A stretch of 63,130 nucleotides of DNA, filler included, from Dugesia japonica (taxonomy: Eukaryota), in the NCBI GenBank assembly GCA_001938525.1. It is 5 parts of 5 records of this genome, joined end to end, with 100 filler letters (N's around TTAATTAATTAA, not from the genome) between each part and the next. Parts side by side here need not be neighbours in the genome. Positions count along the whole stretch, not along the records: positions 50,689 to 63,130 come from MQRL01612606.1; 4 more parts are not named here. The stretch is one strand, 5' to 3'. Position 1 is the stretch's first letter. Every line of letters starts with the position of its first letter. The position numbers were made by a program, and so were the translations under genes. Positions 53,701 through 63,130 of this stretch are shown piece by piece. The notes under the pieces were generated by a model. That model saw only the letters and a program-made list of their open reading frames with translations. It was not told the DNA's origin and did not search any database.

Positions 53701-55066
53701 TAAAAAAATTTCCAAATAAAAAAAATTCTAAATAAAAAAAATTCTAAATAAAAAAAATATAAAAAAAATAATTTGAAGTAAAAATCGAAATAAAAAATTT
53801 GAAGTTTTCTAAAAAAAATAAAATTCCAAATAAAAAAAAATTCAAATAAAAAAATATAAAAAAATTTCAAATAAAAAGAAATAAATAATAGAGTAATAAA
53901 TAATAAAATTTACACCGCTGAAATGTTAAAACAAACACAAAACGCGATTTATTAAATTCACAACAAACCAATAAATAATTGCAACAATGTTCTCACAACT
54001 TATAAATGATTTCTATAAAGCCTTTTAAATGCACCAGTAAATGATTTATGTATGATTTATGATGACATTATAACAAATTATCTAATGAAAAGTTAAATTA
54101 ATTTTCTTACTAAAGTAAAATCCGAAGCAAAAAATGCCTAAAATAAAGATTTATCCCTGAAAATACAGAAAGATTCATTCAAGGAAAAGATCAAAGCAAC
54201 GGAACAATCAGATTTACTAAATTTGATTCAGAAATTTGTTNNNNNNNNNNNNNNNNNNNNNNNNNNNNNNNNNAAATATTCAATATAGCGAGGAAAACGT
54301 GTCCATTGAAAAGTTTTATTTAAATATGCAAAATAGAAAGTTGTATTGTTACTAAATAACATAAAATTAAATGTCATTGAAAGCTGATAGCAGCAATTTT
54401 AATCAATGATTATGATGTAAATAGTAATGTACTTAGATTAGAAATAATTGATTTCAATTACAAAATTATTTATTTATGAAAAATTTCACTTTTAATTATT
54501 TTAATAATTATTTTTGAAAATCAAAATAAATAAATATACTTCACTTACTAAATTTAGTTTCTCTTCAAAATCTTCCAATGACATAACTGTAACTCTAATT
54601 TTTAAACNNNNNNTTTTTTTTTCATTAAAATTATTAAAACCTTTTTGCTCTTTCCAGATCATCATTTGTCTGTTCTAATTCCCTGACATATTTCTGCAAA
54701 GTAGATTTTTCGTTTTTTAATCTAGTAACTTCATCTTGGCAGTCTGACATTTGATGATTCATATTAGTTACAGTTTCTGAGTAACGAATAGATAAGTTCT
54801 CTAATTCAAGACTTAGTTTTTCATTCGCTACCATTAAGTTTTTATTTCTTGATTCATAATCGTTTAATTGCAGCTCTAATTCATTTTCTAAATCCCTGCT
54901 GCTAATTTCAAAATTCTGAAATTCCTCTTGAGTTTCTCTAAGTCTAAAGCATTATTGTTAACCAACCAACAAATAGAAAATAAACAAACTCGTCTTGTAA
55001 AATTTGGGCTTTATTTCTCCAAAATTCAATTTCATCGTCTTTAGAATCAAACTCCGCCTCAGTCAT
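50776..55066 (-). CDS. NudE: NudE/NDE1/NDEL1 dynein regulator; exons 55066-54990, 54943-54641, 54594-54549, 51014-50924, 50874-50776; 3' exons not seen
   Basis: GT-AG joins keep frame: MTEAEFDSKDDEIEFWR...EEFQNFEISSRDLENELE...[48 protein letters not shown]...VQRLKEEARDLRNDL. Confidence 0.93.
53170..53880. repeat. A-rich minisatellite (about 16-17 bp, AAATAAAAAAAATTCY) in NudE intron 3
   Basis: Visible tandem units on both sides of a gap. Confidence 0.9.
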
Positions 55067-55989
55067 TTATATTTATAAATTCAATTTTTTTATTTTTCAA
55101 ATATTGATTAATAGTGAATTTACTAATCATATAAATTAGAAAATTGAAACAAGAAATTATTAGCATTTAAAATTTAAAATGATTAATAAAATTTCAAAAT
55201 AATCGAGAAAATATTAGAATTTAAATTTGTGATAAGCTAATAAGCATTATTTGAAACCCATTTTAAACTTTGAAATAAAAAGTAAATTTTAAACTTTAGA
55301 AAATCAAAGCAAATCTTCAATTTAATTTCAAATTTGAAAACTTCTATATTAACCAACCAAAAGTTTTAAAAAAATAATTTAAACTTTTAAAATTTTAATT
55401 TGAATGATGGAAATTATAAGATTGAAATTATTAATGTTAATACACATGAATAATTTTAAAATATCAAATCAAGCACAATTATACAGTAAAATCTATTAAT
55501 CACAAATACAAAGGGGCCTAAGTTGAGTTACTTCGTTGCATGATGGTTCTTTGTAAGAAAAGTTTTTAACAATGTTATATTTCAACAAATTAGTCTGTTC
55601 ATTTAATAATTAAACAGAGTTTTTGAAGTTTCATTTATATTAATAAAAAAGTGAAAAATATTTTTTACTTAAGAGACAAAAGAATGCATAATGACATTTA
55701 TTCCAAGTGCTACGATTTTCAGGTAGCCAAACTACGGTCTTTTCATTATAGCTTTTCATTATGTATGTCACATATTTTTAAATTTTAATTTTTATACTTA
55801 ATTTTAACTCGGTCAATTGGAATCATCTATTCCTTCTCTTAGATGTATAGCCTGGATAACTATTAGGTAACCAAAAAAGTTCTTTTGGTTTTTAAATAAA
55901 TAATACTCAGATTTTTTATTTCAAAATTAGACATCGTAATTATTAAAGTTTATTAAAATTAAATATATCAATAATATTTTTCTTAATCT

Positions 55990-56270
55990 TTTTGACCATC
56001 TGTTTTCTTAGCCACTTGATCCTTCTAGGTTTAGGGATTCCAGAATAACTTAATAGCACTTGAATATTTCAAAAGAACATTTATATCTGTATCTATTTTT
56101 CTTTAAATTATTTTCCACTTTTACTAGAACTTCTTCCCCTTCAACAAAATTTCGATGTACTCTTTAATCTGATTAATATTCATTTAATTCTAGTGCCGCA
56201 TTTTTTATATTTTTATCAACTGATTCTCTAACTCTATCACTGCTTGTATTGTCATTTAATAAAGTCCATG
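55990..56270 (-). mobile_element. Gypsy integrase C-terminal remnant
   Basis: RVHRNFVEGEEVLVKVE resembles RRHFQVGQWVLVR of the element at 23.4 kb. Confidence 0.5.
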
Positions 56271-58999
56271 AAAGTAGGTAAATGTGAACGCACCAGATCA
56301 CTCCAGCCGAGGGGGAGTGGTCCGAAGCGCTTACATGAACCGTTTGACCTACTGGTTATCAAGGACCACCTTAATTTCAACTCCTAATCTCATATACATT
56401 TGTTACAGTTTTCAATGTAGAACACAATTTCCTTTAGCTTAAAGAGTCACCATTAGCTTTTTTTACTTTACTAACTGGAGTGCATTAATATTCTGCTGTT
56501 ACTAGAAGATCCTTTAGATAGTTAGGGATAACAATGTCTCCCTCCATTATGCATCCGTACGACATTGCATCTAACTTCAATGTCTTACATTACTGTAATA
56601 CTGATTCTAAACCAGTATTTACACACTCAAAGTCTTTATATAGTGCTGGGGCAAAACACCCGACTAAGAAGGGAAACAAAGGCCAGAAGCCCAAACCCTT
56701 ACAGTAATGAAGAAAAATTAGGAAAGAAGGATAATTAAGAAAGCTAACTAAGGTGAAAAGTGTGAAAATTATCAACCAAAGAAAGCAAGCACAAATAATC
56801 ACTATGATTGAATTATGAAGAAAAAATAATTAACCAAAAGTTCAAAAGAAAGGCATGAAGATCTTGGTGAAACGAATCTAACTCACATCGTTCACAGTAA
56901 TCAAAAGAAATTAATAATTCAATAGTAAAAATCAAGAAAATTATTTTTTAAGAACAATTAATTATCTAAGAACTATTAATTAATTTGGAAATAAAATAAA
57001 ATAAATTTAGTCGAAAATTCGGGTTATACTAATAACTTCGCTCAGAAAAACCAGAGAGAGTTCAGGTAAGAAAATCTGAAAAGAAAACGATGAGAAGCAT
57101 TAGAATTTTGCAAGAAGAAACGTTTGCCACCATCAGAGGAGCTACCACATGAGTTGAAAGAATGGGCCAATAACAACCCAAGAAATAAAAATAAAACAAA
57201 GACTTAAACATCACATGGGGGTTTAAAAATAGATGCCAATGGCGTAACAGAAAATGGTGAAAAATTCTTAGAAATCTAAGTCTACACTAATAGAATCACA
57301 GAAATTTAAATTAAAATTAGACTACCAATAGCGATGATGCCGGGTTGCATCCAGAAAGCTATTTAAACCCCTCAAATTTTAGTCAAAATATCTAGAAAAA
57401 AATTTGTATTAGCTGTTATTGCAATTTGCGTAAATCAGCACATCAATTTAAGCGGAATAAATCTGTTAGTAAATAGATCAACCAACTTTCAAGGAAAACC
57501 ACCATTATCGACTAATACAGTGGTCTAGTTATTAGTTGTATTTCATTCAAATCATAGTCAAATTTTAGACAAATAAAGCCTTGTTTAATCCACAAGCAGG
57601 AGAGAAATTACTATTGAAGATTCCGTTATTGTCCTCATTACCGTTGCGACGAAGCGAAAAGATATTTATTTAAAAGCAAGCATGTGTGTTTTACATTGTT
57701 CGATTTATTAATGTAGGAAATGTGGTTAAAATTAATTATCAATAAAATGTATCACTAATTGTTATTTATTTAATCTTTATGATATTTCTATAAACATGTA
57801 TTTACAGATAATGATGACCTGACTGTCAATCACCCAGTGAATATCAAATAAGCTTAGCGCTGTTTCTTTTTCTCCTCGTGTCTGTAACATTTGCTGAATA
57901 AGTTTCAATAATCCGAACTTGTTGCTCACAAACATCTGGCAGGCGATCTAACCACTAGATTACTATTAAATTAAAACGGAATTTCCTCTCCAGATTTAAA
58001 CACACGTGCAAGCCTGTATGTGACCACACTGAATCTGGTTTACACGAACAAAAGTAAAATTACCGCGTTAAACTGCAACTTCATGATATAAAGTGAAACA
58101 CACACTCTTGCCAGATATCTAATGGAATAATGCATACCTGTGTAATGCAACAGCCAGTTAATTGCATAATTTAGTTTCTCTGTTATCACGTCATCAAGTA
58201 CGAATTTTTCATGATGTTCGTCAATTGCCAATCAATAAAGCATGCACCGATAAAATCAAGTTACATCCCTGCAAGTATGCATGGGGTTATTACTGTATCC
58301 ATAATGTCCGATGTTGAATCCATTAGATAACAGTCCATATGACATACATTATTTTTCTTTTTGGATCATTATTTATATTTGACTGCAGTTGTATAGACAT
58401 TGTTTCTGATGAGAAACCAGATTTGTCGCCAACAACGTACTAAGGAAAGAGATTATACTTTTCTTGTGGAGAACTTGATGGGTTTATCTCTGGAATTAAA
58501 TCAGTAATTGTAAGCTCATGTTGGCGTAAATTGATAGTAGTCTAAATAAAATTCTTATGCTACATTAGATCACGATGGTTACCACTAACAACATGATTAT
58601 ATTACTGTCTACTATTATTCGTAACACTCCTTTTCTCCAAATTAAAATTGGTATCAAGATGGGTGTGAGTACAACTAGGATATTTATTGGTATGGATACT
58701 GCTGTTGTTATTTCTACTATTATTGATAATATCATTACTATTATAATTACTAATAAATTCATCAGTATAGCGGACCTATTAATATTAATGTACAAACATA
58801 ATTGATCATTAACATAATCGGAATTAAACCCAGTAACGGCCTCTTGTATAATAACCAACACTAGTCGTATGATTAATGATATAAGTTGTAATGCGAATAC
58901 CATAAGATGCATTTTTGTTTTTATTGTTTTGTATTGCCTTCCGGGGCCGCATCACTCTTATTATCCCATTATAAACTAAGTTTTCGTTCATTTTAAAAA

Positions 59000-59182
59000 A
59001 TGACTGATGAGTTAAAAAGTGCTCTCAAAATAATTCGAAGGCAGNGCAAGGCAGCTCGTTTAAGGCAATTAATCGCCCATTTATTATCGCGCGGTAGAAT
59101 TGAACATCCTGACGAAACAGATCTGTGGTGTTTTGCCGAGATGTTCCCGCGGAACTATAATGTAGATATAGATGAAGAGTGA
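59000..59182 (+). CDS. Element ORF A, copy 2
   Basis: Open 60-aa frame conserved with copy 1 (ELK.AL..I.RQ.K.A.L.QLI..L...EH.DETDL.CF.EMF..N..VDID). Confidence 0.65.
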   Translation: MTDELKSALKIIRRQXKAARLRQLIAHLLSRGRIEHPDETDLWCFAEMFPRNYNVDIDEE

Positions 59183-59325
59183 TCATCCTGTTTTGTGTAA
59201 TTTGGTTTAAATAATCAATTAAATCTTCAGACTGAGTTTATTTTATTTTAATTTTTTTAATTTGCCACATTATATTCTAACGTATTTAAATATTGTTAAT
59301 AAATGTCAAAAATATAATTTTAAGC

Positions 59326-59763
59326 ATGACGCACAAATGGGAAATTTTGCTAGATCGTGCCACGAGTCGAACCGTGTTCAAACTGTATAGGAATCCCCAC
59401 AATAGAGATGCCGGGGTTCTGGTTGACAGAGCCAATCTACTCGTTGAAGATGCAAACGATGAACGCTAGTGGGACGCAAATGAGCGCCACTTGTATTATA
59501 CCTGGAATGGTCCAGATCGAACGAGGGCCGTATATCATGTAGCCCCCCATTGCAACAGTAAACGGAGATGGCATGCCCCAAATTACTCGCGAATGGTACG
59601 AATGACCCTCACTGGTGGGTCCTAATCAACTCCCAATCAACTCCCTCCATTCTCCAATTTAACCGCGTTTGTGAACAACAACCTGTGGAGTATCCGTAAC
59701 ACAGAAAGCAGCGGAAGTGCTGAGAATGCCGACCCCAACCCCGTGCTCGAAACTGTATTGTAA
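59326..59763 (+). pseudogene. Element ORF B, copy 2
   Basis: MTHKWEILLD...ANERHLYYTWNGPDRTRAVYH...PQITREW...NLTAFVNNNLWSIRNT with stops and frameshifts. Confidence 0.75.
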
Positions 59764-59917
59764 CATGTAAGTTTTGCTTGACACTAATAAATAGTCTTTT
59801 CTTAACTTGAGTTTAGTTTTGTTTACTAATTCCGAAATTAATAACAAATTAAGAGCTGTAGGCGACTGAATTTAGAATTATCTTAATTACAGACATCATT
59901 TTATCTTTTTATTCATA

Positions 59918-60277
59918 GTTCATTCCTCACTCAACCGTGTTACCGCTCCAACAAAGAAAATCCGAGTGGATAGCGAAGACCCCGACATGACATGTGAGCT
60001 TTATCGACTTGCTAAGCGTCATTGGGAGGCTGACATCTATACGGCCACAGCCAAAGTGAAACGTTATAAATCTAAATGTATTTCGTTTCGAAAAGAAGCA
60101 GAAGCCTCCCATGCACAGAAGCGGCTGTGGAATACCCAAGCCGAATCCTTCGCCGAAATCATCCGGTCCCTCAATGACCGAGAGAATAAACTGGTTAATG
60201 ATTTCTTGGAATTACGAAAAAGGATACCCCTTAAACCACTGTTGATCGATAAAGGTATCCAAACCTCTCGACCCTGA
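59918..60277 (+). CDS. Element ORF C, copy 2 (acceptor-started terminal exon, ends DKGIQTSRP)
   Basis: Open frame from TTTTTATTCATAG| to TGA, followed by AATAAA about 20 nt later; conserved with copy 1. Confidence 0.7.
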   Translation, partial: VHSSLNRVTAPTKKIRVDSEDPDMTCELYRLAKRHWEADIYTATAKVKRYKSKCISFRKEAEASHAQKRLWNTQAESFAEIIRSLNDRENKLVNDFLELRKRIPLKPLLIDKGIQTSRP

Positions 60278-60422
60278 CTATTTTTTGTATCTGTNAATAA
60301 ATGTATCCTCGCTTTTGTACTGATTTATTTTTTGTCGACTGTCTCTAAATACAGCATTTTCTCACTAGTTAAATGTGTATAATGAATAGTCTATGATCTA
60401 TCTAATAGTTCTTTATTTTTCA

Positions 60423-60785
60423 GTGCCACAAATTAGACTTCCGACGAGTCGACGCCGTTGTCACCGACTAATTACCAAGTTGTTACTAGAGCGTCATCTC
60501 AAACGACAGACTAAACGTGCCTTACTCAAACATCTCGCACAATGAAATAGGCTTATAAAGAAGCGAGATCTAATCGTTAAGAAACAGGGATGTCTAGTCG
60601 AAAAAACGAAACAGCTCCTTCAAAATAAAATCGATTTTTTGAAAAGATATATTGCAGATTTATCTCGCCAGCTCGATAATGCGTCATGGTTACAATGAAA
60701 CGACAATGACGACGAAACTGCNTTTAATTTTTTAGATGATGATTCCACTCAGTGGTTAGACCCGGGTGCTATGGATTTCATGTAA
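60423..60785 (+). pseudogene. Element ORF D, copy 2
   Basis: TTTATTTTTCAG|TG PQIRLPTSRRRCHRLITKLLLERHLKR...KQLLQNKIDFLK...WLDPGAMDFM*; two copy-specific stops. Confidence 0.75.
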
Positions 60786-62454
60786 TATGATATAAAGTAT
60801 AAATTAGTTTTAATGATTTGTTAATTAGTTTTGAGTATAATATAAAAGGGGGAAAAAAGAACCCGAATTAAAGGTGTACGAGTGTGAACCTCACATGAAG
60901 TTGAAGGTCAACCACACTAAATTGAATATCTAATTTAGGGACATTAGATTAAATTCTGGAAGGGGATCCCCTGAGGCCCGTTTTCCCCGGCCAGCGTTTT
61001 CTTTCATCACCAACTCAGGTGTACCCCAACAATAGTAATTATTATCATACATTATCCGTTGGTAAAACTGATTCAAAATCAGAGTATATGACGAATGTTA
61101 GTTTCATTGTTTTAGAGAAATCCCTAAACTCTAAGTTTTTATCTGATGGCTTTGTTTATAATGTTGTTCTGGGTTTGAATCTCCTCATAAATTATCTCAT
61201 GCTTCTCAAAAGCTATTTCCTTTCTAAATCCATTTAAGCAATTTGGACACCATATTGTTTGGATTCTTGTGTCATTTTTATCTCTCTCTATTCATTAAAC
61301 TGTCCAATATAATTACAGCTGTGTAATGGTAGTCGTTACTTTTTTCTAACATCAGCAAATATACCATCTCTCCATCAACCATCTTTGACCTATGGATGAT
61401 ATCTAAATTGAAATGTTTGAAAACATCTTCATCACTATCTTCCACATCGTCTGAACTCCATGAACGAACATTGATTAAAAGTCCTAAATTTTTTCTTTCA
61501 ATTTTTCTAATATTATTAAGTCGCATTGGCATGTATGATTCTTCATAATCATACTCAGACATATATTTTTCATTTTTTGATGGTCTACATCTATTTGATT
61601 GCATATAAAAATACTTAGTAATAGCTAAAATGCTATAAATAAAGCATTTATATTCTCTATTTTGAATGTTAAGAATTGCACTTTTCTTTATCAAATTCGT
61701 TGGTGTTGGTATATAACTATGACCCGACTGAATTCAAGTCCGGAATCAATAAATCAAGTTCAAATGAATATAAAACTAAAAGCGCTAGCAATTGCATTAC
61801 AACAATAACATGAATACAGACTGACAAGAGATCCAAATACTTTAAGTAATTTCGTTTGCTTAATAATTTATTTTAATATTATAATTTCAGTTGTCAAATG
61901 TCATACCGAATAATCACTAGAATATCGAATACATTGGGTTTTAATTAAAAAACTTTAACAATTTATAAGAGTTTTGATTTATAAAATCTAATATAACAGA
62001 GTTATATATTAATAAGAGGAAACTAATTATTTATAAAAATATTTATTCAATCTTTTGAGTTGATTTAATTTTCCATATTGGTTTTACNATATCGTCTAAG
62101 TTTTTGTAACCAATAATTTCACCTGTAATCATTGATTTACTATCTTGAACGTTATCTTCCCCTGATTTGATAAATGTTGTATCTTCAATCTTCATACTGT
62201 TTTNNNNNNNNNNNNNNNNNNNNNNNNNNNNNNNNNNNNNNNNNNNNNNNNNNNNNNNNNNNNNNNNNNNNNNNNNNNNNNNNNNNNNNNNNNNNNNNNN
62301 NNNNNNNNNNNNNNNNNNNNNNNNNNNNNNNNNNNNNNNNNNNNNNNTAAACAATTTAAGAGTCAGTTTTGGATAACTTAGAAATAGATTCCAAGTTTAA
62401 TTTCTTACTGAAATTTATTTGAAATTATTTACATTTTTTTCATTTTATCTGTCT

Positions 62455-62605
62455 TCAAATGAGACACATTTTAGACATTGCTTCATCAATGGGTTCCGTC
62501 TGAATAATAATGCAACGGTAACTACCAAAAAAATATTTTTTGTCAGTTTATGGTGATGCGATAAGTGTCCGCAAATGCCACGAACGGTTCACCAAATTCA
62601 TAGTA
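62455..62605 (+). mobile_element. mariner transposase N-terminal remnant
   Basis: ETHFRHCF...NNAT.TTKKI...YGDAISVRKCHERFTKF. Confidence 0.6.
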
Positions 62606-63130
62606 GATAATTTGGAATATTTTTTTCAAAAATTTACTGATCATATAAACATTTTAATATTAACAAAAAATTATTAAATATTATATTTAACTTTTAAAAA
62701 ATTAAATATAGATTGTATGAAAACAATTTTCAATGACTCATAATAAAATAATATTTTTTACTAATGAATAAGAATTGTCATTTTTTCGTTAATCCAAATT
62801 GATGGTTCAAATTCCGAATGAAAATATCATAATTTGTTTTGATAAAGTTTCACGGAAACTAATTGCTATCGAACAAATGCTTGAAAAATAACCCATTCAA
62901 AACAAAATTTTCTTTTAAAAAATATTTGACCTGAAATCTAAGATTGTCACTAAATAAAGAAAAACCAAAAAAATAGGCGTCATTCTAATTATCAAACTTG
63001 TCAAACAGTAATTATTTTCCATTTAATTTTTGATGTTTAATTTCAACAACACACTGACTAACATGATTTAATAGAAATTTCAAACACCTTTTTCACTGTC
63101 AATAGAAAATTATAAAAACAAGAAAACGAA

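Larger units (their letters stand above)
56644..61031 (+). mobile_element. TG(C/T)TGGGG...CCCCAACA multi-ORF element, copy 2 (complete, 4388 bp, TSD ATAG)
   Basis: ATAG at 56640-56643 and 61032-61035; short imperfect terminal inverted repeats; removing it restores the polB frame LLYKDFE. Confidence 0.9.
56365..61730 (-). pseudogene. Second Polinton polB relic, interrupted by element copy 2 (pieces 61032-61730 and 56365-56643)
   Basis: KCFIYSILA, HYTAV, WCPNCLNGF and FVIYSDFESVL on the right; YKDFE...KVKKLMVTL...MRLGVEI on the left; both align with 255-3426. Confidence 0.85.

Noticed and set aside
59023-59050. CTGATGAG...CTC as another hammerhead
   Set aside because: No GAAA core; lies within ORF A and is not conserved in copy 1.
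45711-61031. One 15-kb composite transposon with copies 1 and 2 as giant inverted arms capturing NudE
   Set aside because: Copy 2 has its own TSD inside polB, the copies are strongly diverged, and an artificial linker lies between them.
62043-62203. Minus-strand open frame next to a gap
   Set aside because: Short, no recognisable motif, and the start is hidden in Ns.

Overview
AT-rich animal genomic scaffold; 46-49-nt introns and (TAA)n microsatellites are compatible with a triclad planarian, which is inference only. It is stitched from at least five pieces by N-flanked TTAATTAATTAA linkers. Host genes: an intronless DOHH-family ORF whose two substrate-binding glutamates are replaced, five exons of a NudE/NDEL1 gene and two exons of an M1 aminopeptidase. 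The rest is transposon-derived: three Polinton/Maverick relics (two polB, one with minor capsid, integrase, packaging ATPase and an unexpected TBP-like gene), a Penelope RT/GIY-YIG fragment, a hammerhead ribozyme motif, several Gypsy elements, Tc1/mariner fragments and hAT MITEs. The standout is an unrecognised 4.4-4.9 kb element family with TGTTGGGG...CCCCAACA ends, present as two long copies and two fragments. One copy has a perfect 4-bp TSD inside polB. It encodes no transposase or RT but carries four conserved small ORFs. Two of them start at splice acceptors like alternative terminal exons, one ends in an LC8-type TQT motif, and a divergent Asn-rich ORF lies on the other strand. It could be a gene-carrying solo LTR of a giant Gypsy element or a non-autonomous integrase-mobilised element.
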